From Camelus ferus (lineage: Eukaryota), in assembly GCF_009834535.1 (NCBI RefSeq), contig NC_045696.1, positions 64,420,001 through 64,484,000 of the forward strand: 64,000 nucleotides of DNA. Reading direction: 5' to 3'. The notes beneath the pieces were generated by a model. It was given only the letters and a program-made list of their open reading frames with translations, made no database searches and had not been told where the DNA came from. Of the stretch, positions 12,031 through 26,090 are shown one piece after another. The translations under genes and the position numbers were made by a program. Within the stretch, counting starts at the first letter, position 1. Every line of letters begins with the position of its first letter.

Positions 12031-15000
12031 ATGCTTCAGAAAAAAAATATAAAGGCACCGATTTTCCCTAGAAAATAGATTGATTTCTTAAAATGTTGTC
12101 TTTCAGAAAGATGACTTATAAATCAGCATATCTGAATTCTTCCATGATTGTGTATTGACATATATCTCATCAAGGTTTGCAGATTTAGGGATTACAGAAT
12201 TTTACAGTCAGGTTTTCTACTTACATTTCTCATTTGCAAATAATGAAACATTGCAGAGAATGATAATAGAAAAACCTCAATAGACTGAGGAACACTTTTT
12301 TTTTAATTGAAACAATTCGTAAGTGTGAAAATCCTTATAGATTTCCCAGGCACTTTATAATTTACAGAACACTTTCACATGCATTATCTCAACCAGTTAT
12401 CTTTGCAACCCTGTACAATGGGTTAGAACTCTGATCTTATGCCTCCTCAGTTGTCTTTCCCATTTTACTCACTCTATGTCCTTACCATCCAAATATACTG
12501 GCCTTCTCCCCATCTTCAGATCTTGTACTCTTTCTTGTTTCATACATTTGCCCACACTGTTCCCTCTGATTGGAATACCCTTTCTCCTAGTTCCCCAAAT
12601 CTACTTTGTAAACCTCTATCCATTTGTCAAGCCCTAACCTGAGTCCTTTCCCTTCCAAAAACCCCCTTAGTTCCTTTTAGCAGATGCCTAGAGAGGACAT
12701 GGTAGTGTTTACCTGTTTGGCACCCTTTCTTTCTTCTTACAGTATCAAAAAACCTTTTCCAAATAGTTTTAGTGGGAAAATAAAATGCAGTATCCAGTTT
12801 TCCTTCTCTCTGCCTTCCCAAGCCCTACACCACCTCTGCTCACAAGCACCAAGTTGGATATGTGATCCAAGCCAAGCAAACAGGGTCTCTGCTGAGAATA
12901 TGGGTTTGAGTCATAGGGCAGAGGGCTGTTCAGTTGTGAGCTTTTGAGTCTTGAATTATTCCAGTAGCTGAATCTTAAAGACATTCTCCTTGACCTCAGG
13001 CCACCAAAGCTCACCAGAGTTGCCTTTCTATTTCTGTCTTTCTGAGACCTTTTTGTTATTAACTCTTCCTTCCATTCTGAGAACTATTCAGTTTCCTTCA
13101 ATCAACTTTCCATGTTACTGATGAAAGTTTCCGTTTTAAGCAACCAAGGAAAATGAACTGTTACATTTTCTCAGTATCTCCAGAGTTCTTGGTCACCTGA
13201 TTCTATTCTTACCATTTCTGCTCTAGACAGAAATCATTGAGACATGCTCCTGCCTCTCCCAACAAACTGTGAGCTCCTCACTAGGGTCTGTATTTCCTTC
13301 AGTTCCTACCTCTGTCACTTGCACACTTGGGTCCTCAAAAACTGTTAATTGAATTGAAGTTGAGAAAACACATATTTTCTTTAGATTGCAAACTGATTCA
13401 AATTCTCCCACACTACTTCGTTCCAAAAAAGAAAATTTCTCAAATGCTTGAGATAATTGAATCTTAGGATTGGGAGAGACCTGTAAGTCTAATAGCCACC
13501 ACTTAATTTTTTTGAAATTTTTTTCTTTTTAATGAAGTCTGCATTTCTTATTTACTTTGACAAACGCCTTATAATCACAAATAAGCAAGAAAAGTTTTCC
13601 AAAAATTATATAGTATTTTACAATATACAAAATACTTTCACATACATTATTACATGTAAAACTGACATCTAACTTCTTACCGTGTCAGATGATGGAAGGT
13701 CTTATGGAGGTAATTTATGGGTGTGAAAACTGATTATTCCTAAAAGCTCACATGCAAATTCACACAGCTATTATGTTGTTAGGATCCGTTCTATAACTTG
13801 GGTCTTAAAGTACAAAGCCAGTGCTTTTTCCAGATGGACTGAGCCTTTCTTTCCTCCAGCCACCATGCTTCACAATAATTTCCATGCTTATTATTTTAAT
13901 TAACTACATTTTTTATAGATGTAAAGTCTTCTTGGTTTGTTTCACAGGTGGCATGACTATCTTCTCCCTACTTAAAATAATTAAAAGGAAAAAGACCTAT
14001 GATTACAGCAGTCAGCCGAAAATTATTCACTCAAGAATTTTCATTAAATTCAACTGACTCTTTTTTCCAAGTAAGTTGCTCAGATTTAAGTCTTCAGGGA
14101 AGTGTAAAGTTAAGTTTTTCCAAGAACTCTAAGGCATATTTCATACCTTACCTGTTAGAATATTTGGAATATTACATCTTGCCCTTATTGTAGCAATATT
14201 AAAGAACTTAAGAATCTACTTTTTAATGTTTTTTAAAAAACAATCATTCAGTGTATTATAAACAATGCCCTCATTATTTTATAGAAATCTTATTTTGTAT
14301 TGCTCTGGATGAACTACTTTGTCTTTCATTGAGAAATATTTCCTCAAGCACAGTCCTTAAAGGAAAACTAACCACATTGATTAAGCAAATTTTCTCATCT
14401 ATTGCTAGAGTCTAATTAATACGCAGAGCTGTGATTTGATTTTTGTGTCCCCATCCCATCATCCACCAGAGGAATGAAGTACCGATAGATAAGATCGGAA
14501 TCACTGTGGGCAAAGTGCCTGAGATCCCACTTTGGGAGTATTACCCCTTCCCTCCGCCCAAGGTGAAGGGCCAGACTAGAGGCAGGATTGGTGTCGAAAG
14601 AAGCAAACAGAGAACAGGAATTCTGAGTCCCTGGAAGAAGCAGGACAGACCAGAGAAAGCGATAGGATTAGTAAAGGCAGTACCAAGATTTTAACTTGCT
14701 TGTTGGGCTTTCATTCTCACATCACATTTAAAGATTTTCAACATACATCTCAGCAGTGTGTGAAGGAAGATAAAGAGCAAGGCAACCGCTTCCGATGGAG
14801 CCAAGAGTCTGGAGAGCTGGATTCCCCAGAGAGGTCTCTAGTCCTAGTCCAGCCTGCTCTGCCTTTGCATCGGGGGAGAAAGCGGGATGCATTTAATGTT
14901 CTGATAGCAGTTCTCTGTCTTTTCTGTTTTTCTTTTCAACTTTATTTCATTTCAAGCTTCATCAGAAGGCGTGTCTTTTTATTTTTCATGGTTTCTCTGT

Positions 15001-16709
15001 TCTCTTGATTTGTAAAACCCCAGATGTAGCCAGTGTATATTTTTCAAATCTTGCTTTAAAGCTTCACTATAAAAGGTGATAAACTACATTTCCCAATCTA
15101 ATAAATAAATAAATGTGTTAATTAGACTCTAGAATATAATCCTCCATCTATAAAATAGATTAACATATAAAATGCATTGAACACTTTAAAATAGGTCTGT
15201 TGTTTTTTAATATATAAAATAATTAAATTTATCCTAAAGCATATCTAATATGTGAAATATAAGAAGGCAGAAAGGAAGGAAAGAGAAGGGGAAAAAAAAC
15301 AGTATTTATTTAGCCTCTGACAAATGTGATACATCTTTATTTTACAAATGAGGAACTAACTTGCCTGTAAAGGTGGTTGAATGAAGCCAGCTAACAGATG
15401 TTCCCTTACCCAGTCACTTTGTTAATAGTTATTGTTTTAAATCAGAAAAGTGTTCATGATCAGCAATAAGCAAGGGAAGGAAACTAACTCCTGGCCATTA
15501 ATTCAGGAAATGACAACCAAGGAAAGAAGCGAGTTTCTGGCACAGAAAAGCACAGGATGGTGCAGCTCCTCACTCTGCCCCATTCCCACAAACCAAAAAA
15601 TACTGAGGAAGGATGCCAAGCCACAGATCCCTTCTGACTTGGAGGAAGCGAACTAAGAGGGTGAGGTGTCAGTCCTGGGAAAATTCCCGGAAGCACCTCG
15701 GCTATTGCTTGCCATACCTACCACCACAGGCCTCAATCTATGAGCAGGAATCTAGGGTCTCAGAAAGGGGTCCCAAGGCTCGCAGCCATTCAGGAAGCTC
15801 AACGTGTGCTGAGCTGGAGATGTGAGGTGCAGGTCAACAGGGTGGGATATGCCCCTGGCTGGGTAGAGGGAGCCCTGCACCCCAGTTAAGAAGAAATGAG
15901 CTCAGGAAGGAGAGTTTCTTCTTTTTGCCACTGCCTAAGGGATCCAAAATAATGGAAAGAACCTCTAACTTTACTAATAAAGTAGTAGAACCGATGAGTT
16001 CATTAATAAATTAAAATATTATCTGGACTCATTAACCAAAGAAGGATCTGACTGGGGTTTCTTGTGTGTTTGATCAACCAGATTCAGCCCCCTCCCTGAG
16101 CCAAACTGCCCTTATGTGAATGGATTGAAACAGAAATGACATACGGATGCTGCTGAAGTTCAGATGTGGGGCAACGGGAGTCTGATCAGGACCCCGTCAA
16201 GCTGTTTGGTGCACTGCCCTCACCCCCTAATTTACCGAATGCCAACATTTCAATGTATGTACCCACCAAAAATATGGGAATGTCTACTCCCCTCCACCAC
16301 CCGCTAACACAATGTACTATCAAAGGTTTTTATCTTTGCCTTTTGCATAGGTGAAAGTTTATATTTCATTTTGTTTTCAAACTGTATATCCTCATAGAAG
16401 TACAAGGGGAAAATATGGTGCACCTATAAAAAAAGATCATTTTGAGATGGGAAGGGGCTTTTTAAGCATGTAATAAAACCCAGAATCATAAATAAGTGAC
16501 CAATTTAAATATATAAAAATTAAAATTTCTGCATATAGAAAAATAACATTAAGAAAGTCAAAAACATGCCACAAAGGAAAATGTTAGCAAAACATTAAAT
16601 ACAATACTAATTTTATTCATTTAAAGAAAGACAAAATAGAAAAATTGAGAGAAAGGAATAGAAATGCTTCTAAGTGCAAATTCTGTTTCCCTTCCTTTCC
16701 CAGTCAAAT

Positions 16710-17225
16710 AATTTCACACCATTCTTGGAATGAAAGTCAGAATCCTTGTGCAACTTCCCATCCCAGGCATGATCTGGCGCCCCTCCACCTCTCTAATTTC
16801 ATTCCTTATCATTCTTCCCCTCGCTTCCCTGTTCCAGATATACTGGCCCTCTTCCAGTTTCCCGATTTCTTCATGCATTATCTTCCTTTGATACACACCC
16901 TCCTCCTTACAAAGTAAAAATAAAATAAAATCTTCATCTTTACAGACATGCAAATCTTACCCTAAATGACACTTCCTCTGAGAAGGCTTTTCTGAGTGTT
17001 GCAACCCACCCCTCAAACTAGATGAAGTTCCCTATGATTAGGTCTCACATTTCCCTATCCCTTCCCTTCATTGTACCATATAGTCCACTATGTATCTGTG
17101 TTGATGAATGTGTCTCTCCTCCACTACATGGTAAGTTCCCCAAGGAGCTGATCACTCTACGCCCAGGACTTAGCTTATTGCCTGGCACAAAAGGCAGTTG
17201 AACAAGTGTTTGTTAAATGAATGCT
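16710..17225 (+). mobile_element. L2 3' fragment
   Basis: tgatctggcgccc...tactggccctcttccagtt...cctggcacaaaaggcagttgaacaagtgtttgttaaatgaatg. Confidence 0.75.
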
Positions 17226-17294
17226 TGTTTTAATTTTCGTACGCCTCACATCAGATTGGGGAGCATTCCCCACAGGACACCTTTCCGTGATGGG

Positions 17295-17420
17295 CAAAGG
17301 ATGGAGACTCCGCAGCATCGTCACCCAGGAACTTGTTAGAAATGCACGTTCTGGAGCCCCTGTGTCCTAACAAGCCCTTGGGTGATTCTGACGCACCCTG
17401 AAGTCTGAGAACCGCTGCTC
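17295..17420. mobile_element. MER5A-like hAT MITE
   Basis: ggaacttgttagaaatgca...taacaagcccttgggtgattctgacgca...tgagaaccgctg. Confidence 0.8.
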
Positions 17421-17424
17421 TGGG

Positions 17425-17847
17425 GTGTCATCGGCTTCAGTAACCAACAAACTCAAGCATCAAATGGCTTAGTCTTCCTCAAAGTTTATTTCTCACTTGT
17501 GCAACAGTCCATCATGGGTGCTCCAAAGTCATTCAGGGACCTAGGCCGACAGAGATCTGCCGGCTTCAACGTGTGGCTTTCAGGGTTGTCCTGGACATTG
17601 TATTCAGTGAAGACAGAAAGAAATGGAGCATGAAGACGGTGCACCAGCTCCTTAAGCACCACGGCCTGGAGGAGGTGATGTCACACTTCCACTCGCATTC
17701 CACTGGCCACAGCGTGTCATATGGTCCCATTTCAATGTAAGGGGGTGGGAAATGTAGCCCTCTACTGAGCAGCTGCTTCTCAGCAACAACTTTATACCAC
17801 GGAGGAGGATACAAATGTTCAAAGGACAGTTGGCCATCTCTGCCACG
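17425..17847 (-). mobile_element. MLT1 (J/I-like) MaLR LTR
   Basis: gtaaccaacaaactcaagcatcaaatggctta...gtttatttctcact...tcacacttccactcgcattccactggccac...ggacagttggccatctctgccac. Confidence 0.7.
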
Positions 17848-18684
17848 GTTATAGTATGAAGATGTCACCTTTAAAGGTTACTTTCATATAACTAGAATAT
17901 TCGAAGGGCATATCAGTGACTCCCTGTCTCAGGAAAATCCTTGGCGGCCAGGCTGTAAGTCTCTCATTCTGGTCCTCATGGTGTGACTCACCTGTGCTAG
18001 AAAGAGCCCAGGTCAGCCATTTCACTCATCTGGTGCCATCTGCTCCATCTCACACTCGGTCCTGGCTACAGCTTCGGTTCCTGGTGCACTTCTTGTCATC
18101 AGGAATCCTGGACTTTCCAAAACCACTCCCCCACTGCAGTGTAGCCACCATCATGGTGTAAGAGCGGGCTCCTCCAAGCCTCCACTGGCTCCCTCCCTGC
18201 TGGTGGAGGAAGAAAGTGGCTCATGTTGGTCACCATGGGGCAGCAAGTGGGACCCAGATCTCCTGAGTCTTCTCTCTTCTCATCTAACACTCCAACCATA
18301 GGCCACCAAATGGAGGTGCACTTGATGTTTAGGCTTGTTGTTTGGAATTTCTGTTTTATGTGTTTATTGTTTTGTTTAGCAATTATCAAAGTTCTGACAT
18401 ACGGGCCCAAAGCACTAGGTTGAACAATAATCTCAATAACCCATCCTTCTTACTTTTAACTGTTTTCCTCCTTTCAAGCTAGTGTAACTGTCCTCTCAGG
18501 TGTTTGGTCTGCAGCTGGCAGGGGTGGGGAGGAGGGCCAGGGGAGGCTAGCTGTTTATTACTGAGAACCAGACTTTGGCTCTGACCTGCTCAGTCTCTAT
18601 CTATCCCCATAAAGCTCATTAATCCCTCATTTAAAATTCTTCCATAGTGTATTTGTGTACACAAAACCAAATCCCTACAGTGAG

Positions 18685-19932
18685 ATATCCACATGCAAAA
18701 TAATAAAATTGGACCCCTACCTCACACCATCTACAGAAATGAACTAAAAGTGGATCAACAACCTAAATTTAGAGCTAAGCCCATAAAACTCTTAGAAGAC
18801 AACATAGGAGTAAATCTTTATGACCTTGGATTTGACAATGGATTCTTAGATATGACGCCAACAACAGCAAAAGAAAAAATAAATGAATTGTACTTCTTAA
18901 AATTAAAAACTTTTTGCATCAAAGGAAATTATCAAGACAATGAAGAGACACAGGCTGGGAGAAGATCTTTACAAATCACATATCTGATAAGGGTCTAGTA
19001 CACAGAATACATAAAGAACTCTTACAACTCAACAATGACAAGACAACCTAACAACAACCAAAAAATGGGCAAAGGACCTGAAAAGACATTTCTCAAAAGA
19101 AGATACACAAATAGCCAACAAGCACATGAAAAGATCTGCAACATCATTAGCTAGGGGAATTGCAAATTAGAACCACAATGAGATACCATTTCATGCTCAC
19201 TAGGATGACTATAATAATAACTTTTTAATAAACTCAGGAAATAACAAGTATTGGTGAAAATGTAAAAAATTGGAACCCTCATACACTGCTGGTAGGAATG
19301 TAAAATGGTGCAGCTGCTATTGAAAAAACAGTTTGATGGTTCCTCAAAAAGTAAACATAGGATTACCTTGTGATCCAGCAATTCCATTCTTAGGTATACA
19401 TCTGAAAGAACTGAAAACAAATGTCCAAACAAACACATATGCATGCATATTCCTAGCAGCACTATTTATAACAGCCAAAAGGCACAAACAACCCAAATGT
19501 ATATCAACAGACAAATGGATAAACAAATTGTAGTATATACGTACAACAGAATGCTATTCCGTGATGAAAAGAAATGAAGCACACTGATATGTGCTACAAT
19601 GTGAGTGAACCTAAAACACATTCTGCCAAGTGCAAGAAGCAAGACACAAAAGGTTGCATATTGTTTGAGTCTATTTATATGAAATGTCTAGAGTGGGTCA
19701 ATCCATAGAGACAAGAAGTATACTGGTGGTTGCCAGGAGCTAGGAAGAGAGGATGGAGGGGCTGGTAAATGCTTAATGTGTACATGGTTTCCTTTTGGGG
19801 TGATGACAATGTTTTGTGAGCAGATAGAGGTGGTGGTTCCACAACACAGTGAATGTACTGAATACCAACGAACTATTCCCTTTAAAGTGGCTAATTTTAT
19901 GCTATATGAATTTCATTACAATTAAATAAAAT
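18685..19932 (+). mobile_element. L1MB-type 3' end (decayed ORF2 C-terminus + 3' UTR)
   Basis: ORF remnants IGPLPHTIY... and LPCDPAIPFLGIHLKELKT...KQPKCISTDKWINKL match L1 ORF2p; A-rich tail. Confidence 0.92.
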
Positions 19933-22609
19933 AACTGGGGCCCTCATTCTAAAATCTCAACTACGTTTTTAAGAGTCCCTACTTAACCAATGATTTAAAA
20001 AATTAACATTCAAAACAAAAAAGAATGCCTCTTTTTAAACAAAATTGCTTGTTAGCTGGTGCTATGATCTGAGTTGTTATAAATAGAAATTCTGACACTA
20101 CAGAGCCATAAGAAATATTTGCAAACAAAGATAAATACAAGTACATTAATATATTTGGATTTTAAAAATCACAGGTTAAAGTTTCCTTTCTCCTTAATGA
20201 ATGCTTTAAAAAGTTTTAAAAATAAACTTACAACTTATTACGAGATACTGAGATAAGCTGAGACCTTATCTTAATGGTTTGACATAAATTACTACAAAAC
20301 TGTGACAAACCAAGAAAAAATCTATGACAACGGATGGTGCAGGGCCATGTTTGGGTAGCAGAGCTCTATTATGAGCACAATGAGAGAGCTGAATTAATGG
20401 AAGCCACTGGGATGTCCTGGGAGTGTGTCTGAAGTATATCAAAGGCAACGTCTGTGCTGCTGGGAGCAGCTCTGCAATAAGTGGGCACCTGAGCAGAGTC
20501 ACTGACAAATCTGATGCCTACAGGGCAGTAGGCAACAGCTAGTCCTCAGTTACAACTGGACTGGTGATTGATCAGACATAATGATGCACGCTGGCTTGAA
20601 CTCAAAAGGATGAAGTTTACTGAAGATGGATATTTTCCCTCAAATCTTTACTGATTCTTTGTGGGGATGCACGTGGCTTCATCAGGAGTGGTGATGTGTT
20701 ATAACGTTATCGGCAGCATTCAGCAGGACATCCTTGCCTCCGCCATTGATTTTTGAGCTTAGACTGACAGAATCTTTTTCACCATGTTCATTCCTTGCCC
20801 CTGTCTTTCTCCCCTTTCTCCTTCGTCTCCCTCTTGTTCGAGATAGTTCTGATGCCAAGGGTTGGAGGAGGATGTGTTCTAGGTGGTACCCATTGTTCAC
20901 AAAATCAGACCTGAGTAGGGAGTCAGGACAGATCTTAAGCAATATGGGACCATTTTTTTCCCACCAAGTTTAAACTAACTTTGGGCCATCTATAATAATT
21001 GATAAAAAATAATCTATGGTAACTGATCAAAGAAAACCCAAAAGTTACCACCAGAATTTATCTTGGGCTCTCATTTTGACATACTTTTCCTCAAATGTTA
21101 AAAGGGATGAATTTTAGAGTTTTCCTCTTTGCAACATCTGTGAGAAATATAAATGAGGTGCGAAATGAAAAGAGAGAAAGGTGAGAGGAAAAAAATGAGG
21201 TTTTGGTCTAACCACAAGTAGAATAATCGACTTCTAAAAGACTCAGCATGAACATTTTCAAGCTCCTATCTTAAGCTGAGCAGTGACCTAGACCCCTAGA
21301 GTGGGAGGGGCAGGAGATGCTGAAGTGAATAAAGATAAAGAAATCATGGTCACTACGCTCCAAGAGACAAAATTTGAGCTGGGACTTAAAGTACATGATC
21401 CCGACAGTTGGCAATGCAAAGCATGGTGGAGTGAGGCCGTAGGAAGCACACAGTACCTGGCATGATAGACTCTTAAAAATTTAAGTTTGACTCTTGCTCA
21501 TATAGAGGCTGATTGCCTAGTCTGTTTACAGTCTTTAGTCATCTTAGAATTTAAGCTTTTCTTTCACTGTGACAGATTTTCATCATTTCAGGTTTGCACA
21601 TATTTTGGAAATTTTGTACAATCTTAAGTACTTTGCTGATTACAGCTAAAAATGATTCTTGCAGGCAGAGGAATTCACTCCCTCCTCTGAGTTCCCACAG
21701 TGCTCTGTTCACACCTTTATGGAGCAGAGATTACACTGTATATTAATTATCTCTTCGCTTTTCTGTCTCCTTCACAAGAGTGAGATCTCCTCATGGACTG
21801 TGATTATATTCTTGTTGAGACAGGGAAACACAGTGGTTAGGCATTTGGGCTGTCAGCTCATTCTGCCCAAATTGAAATTTCTGCTCCGCCATTTTCTATC
21901 TTGCTGTATAACCTTGGACAAGTTATTAGTTAACCTCTTTAAGTTTCAGTTTCTTCCTGTAAATAATGACAAACCTCCCTCATGAGGAGGTGCTGTGAGC
22001 ATTAGATTAGATATACAAGGTGCTTTCTATAGTGCTTGGCACGAAGGGGCAGTCAATGAATACAGGCTCATATCCTGTAACCCACAGTTTCTGGCATGCA
22101 GTAGGTATTTAATAGAGCTCACAGAAATATTAAATGAATAAATTATCTTACAAGAGCTGTCTGGATTGAGGAATGGTTTTAGCTTATTTTTCCTGCCCAA
22201 ATTTTTCTTGGATAAAAAGAGAAATCCCCTTTCAGACTCCATGATGCTGGGGTGAATCACGCATTTCCCTTTGGGTGGGTGGGGAAATGACTATTTCTTC
22301 CTCATCCTGCCCAGAAACTGCTAAACTCAGCTGAGAACTGAAGACAGGGAGCAATGGTCAGAGGTAGAGCTGAAAAAACGAAAATACCCTTGGCCTTCCA
22401 GGTCTCTGAGAGTGGCTTCTGTTCATGCTAATGGAAGGATGCACTGTGGTCTGGTGAAGAGCTTCAGGATCTCTGTAAGAAAGATGTCGCCCATGAGAGA
22501 AGCTGTTTCTCTATATCTTGGTTTTGTCAACCTATATAAGTTACCACCTGCTCCCAAGAGGAGTTAATGCTCCTCTTCTGCGCTCCCTTAATACATAAAT
22601 CACAACTGC

Positions 22610-22850
22610 TAATCTTGATTGAGCACGTTCTACACGCTGGGTGCTGTTCTAAACACTTCACGTGAATCAAACTCATTTAATCCATACACAAATCTACAAG
22701 GTTGGGGTTATGACCCCCATTTCACAGGGAAGGAGACTATGACACAGCAAACTGAAGTAACTTGTCCCAAATCACACAGCAATAAATAGTAGACTGGGGA
22801 TGTGAACTGAGGCTGCCAGAGTTTGGTGCCCATTAACAGTATATGAAACT
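22610..22850 (-). mobile_element. MIR
   Basis: gagcacgttctacacgctgggtgctgttctaaacactt...ctcatttaatcc...cccatttcacag. Confidence 0.75.
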
Positions 22851-23878
22851 GCCTCCCTCTCGGCTTTCATGTCAGTTACAACCCTGATCTGTAGAAGCCC
22901 TTCAATGGCAGGTTTCCTTATCTGCCTCTCTAATCGAACTGTGAGCCTCTTGAGGGCATGACCAGTATCCTCACTGATTCCTCAGCTCCTGATGCAGTGC
23001 TTGACACATAGTAGGTGTTCAAGACACAGCAAGTAAATGAATGAATGACTGAGCACATTGAGGCCATGCTTTAGGCAGAAGATACTGGGTTGGATTTGAG
23101 CAAAGGCATAGGAATCATGCCTCCCTCAGGCTCCTGTAATTGGTAGAGACCCCTTCAGGAGAAGCCTTAACTCTTCCAGACCCAAGGGCTCTGAGATGGT
23201 GAAACTGGAGCCTTCCTTGTCATACCCTTCAGCAAAACATTTCAGACAGATCATCGCATAGGAATTATGTAACTTGCCTCCCCCTGCATCAGTTTCAGAT
23301 CTCCATAAGGATTCTTCACTACAGGGTCTAAACGGTTCCCTTGTCCCATTCAGTGCCTCCTGGTTGTCTCAGTTTCTCCATCTGCCATAGTAACTGAGAG
23401 CCAAACATCCGTTAAACTCTTTCAAGGCAAGTAGTCCTCCGTGGCTGGAGAAATAGTACGTTCAAGGACTGGGCTTGTGATGTCTCTAAAGAAGCCCTTC
23501 CTGCACAGGTCTTCCTTCTGCAGTGTTTTTATTCCAAGAACTGAGCTCCTTTTCCTGCCTTCGGTGGCTTCTCTCCACAGATGTCTAAGGACAGAACTGG
23601 GCTCTTCTACTGAGCAACCCTGCTGGCTAAAGATTTCATTAAGAATTTGATGAGGATTCAAGATCCCAAGGTATTTTGCTGAAGCATTAAGGTTGGTTTG
23701 TTGCCAAGAATCCAAGGATTTTACAGCAAGCTTTTCCTGGACTGAAACCACGTTTTCTTAACAACCTCCCTCATTTTCCTCTGGGAAGTCTTGTTGTTCC
23801 CACTCAGATAGATGTTTCATTTCTTTCCAACTTCCTATGACTATATGACTGTTAAACAGAACTCCCTTCCTCCAGACA

Positions 23879-23944
<66 letters not shown>
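23879..23944. repeat. Interrupted (CA)n microsatellite
   Basis: CA runs broken twice by AAA. Confidence 0.97.
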
Positions 23945-23946
<2 letters not shown>

Positions 23947-24899
23947 CATCATCTGTTCCAAAAAGAACTGCATCCAGGCCTCACTCAAGTGATTTTGGTA
24001 TATTGTAAGCCAAGTGAAGAAGCCTGGCTCAAGGTGCATCTTTGGGTACCTATGGAAAGCGTTTCTATCACCACCCCTTCATAAAATTGAGTTCATTTAA
24101 TGCAACAGTCTCAGAAAGTATGTCAGTGTTATTTAATTTGTAAAGAAAAGAGATGAATTGCCAATTCACTTTTTCTTTTAAATGTAGCCTTCTCCGCCAT
24201 GGTTTACGGACAGTAAACAGTGAGGATGACCCTTTCCTTTCCCCTGGTATCACCAACCACCTTTTGCTCATCAAATATTTATTGACCATCCACTTGCAGA
24301 GCACGGTATACTATAGTGGGTCCTACCCGTTGCTGAATTGTCAGCTTAGAAATAAAACTAAAGATGAATTCATATTAATAATGGATGACAACTAAAATTC
24401 AATAGAGAGGTGGTGCCTTAACAGGAATATCTAGAAAACCTCATGGGACCCTCTATACCAGTGGTTTTCTAAAATTTTCTTCAGCTTCAAAAACTCCTGA
24501 CATAAAATTTTAATTGGGAGTCCACTCTATCCAATGAAAGTCATTTTCTAATTGACACAGCTGGAGTCCAAAGAGGATTGAAGATTGGCCAGCACCTCCA
24601 AGCCAGTTCATGGGGTACAGCCAGGTCTAGTCCTCTTATCTGAAGCCATGAAAGATTGTGCGTTCCTGTTGAATTCCAGGCTCCATTACTGCAATAAGCT
24701 GAGTCTTACAAGGCTGTGAATGGACTCTGTAGACGTTAAGCCCTGCATCCTGACTCCTAGATCTTGGCCTCAGCTGTCAATAAAATATCTAATTAGGATG
24801 AGCACCATTTTTCTCAGCGTTTAGTAAATCCAGAAAGGAAATCTAGTGGAAAATATTTAGCTACTGAAGCGTTTCAAATGGGACTAGAGTGGAATGGAG

Positions 24900-26090
24900 G
24901 AGAAAGAATGGATTGCTTGGATGGCCCTAGGAAAACTGGAATGTTAATATTACATGAAGAAAAACAAAGCTGTAGTCCTACCTTATACTATATTCAAACA
25001 TGGGCTACAGGTAGAGTAAGGACCTAATTGCTAAAGGTAAAACTATAAAGCTGTCAAAAGAATATGTTGGGTATCTTTGTGAAAGATAAAGTCTTCCAAA
25101 GGGACATCCCAAAGCACAAACCATAAAGTTAAATGTTGATGGATTTGACTTCATCAAAATTAAGAATTTTGGCTCAATAAACAGAGAACAGACTGGGAGA
25201 ATGTATTTGCAACATTTGTAAGGCAAGGGATGAATATCTAGACTATCGAATGAACTCCTGCAAATCAGCTAAAAAAAAAGACAGGAAAACAAATAGAAAA
25301 GTACTCAAAGAATATGAAAAAGTAATTTGTAAGAAGAAATTCTTAAAAAGGTCATTGAAGAATTATAGGAAAAGACGCTAATAATCAGAAGAATGCGAAT
25401 TATAGCAACACAATTCCACTTAACACTCAACCAACATGGCAAAATAAGAAAAGGAGGTAATACCACTTATTGACAAGGATGTGAAGAGGTGGGAACAATC
25501 AGGCATTGCTGGTTTTGGTGTAAAACATAGCCTTGTGGAAAGGAATCTGGTAATAATTAATCAAATTAAGAATGATGTATCTTATGACCCAAAATCCCGA
25601 TAGAGGTATACCCAGAGAATTTCTCCCATGAGTTCACTAAGGGACACAGACAAGGGTGTGAATTGTTGTATTGTTTGTGGTATCAAACATAGAAGTTATC
25701 TAGTGTCCACAGAAAAGACTAGATAAGCAAAATGTAGGACGTTAACACCCTGGTATACTAGGCCGTGGTCAGAGTTATTTAACTAAGTAAACATATTGTC
25801 ACATAGATAGACCCAAAAACATAATACTGAATGAGGATTTATAGCACGATATATTTAAGTAAATTTAAACACATACATAAAACAGTATTTGCACAGCTAA
25901 GAACATCAAATACAGTAGTGTCTACAGGAGAGAAAGGACTAGAAATGACAACTGTGGATGAAGGAGAAAACATAATAAAACAAGAGAGCATCTTTGCATG
26001 GACTGATGATGACAGATTGTATTCTGTGAACCAATGAGCTTAATTAAAGAAACTCTGCGAACTTAGGGTCAAAGAATAGAAAAGAAAACA
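24900..26090 (+). mobile_element. Old L1ME-type 3' fragment
   Basis: ggatttgacttcatcaaaattaagaattt, gactgggagaatgtatttgcaaca, tatgacccaaaatccc; ends in A-rich tail. Confidence 0.8.
25999..26072 (+). pseudogene. Decayed SNORD112-like C/D-box snoRNA module at the L1ME 3' terminus
   Basis: TGGAC-TG-ATGATGA (box C, 26006-26012)...TGAAC...CTCTGC...CTTAGGGTCAA, compared with canonical CTGAGGTCCA. Resemblance is from memory, and box D is mutated. Confidence 0.5.

Noticed and set aside
18693..19533. ORFs resembling a protein
   Set aside because: Broken L1 ORF2 remnants, not a host gene.
20682..20942. 86-aa minus-strand ORF with a basic RGRRRRKGRK stretch
   Set aside because: It derives from a CT-rich tract, with no recognisable homology, splice support or processed-pseudogene hallmarks.
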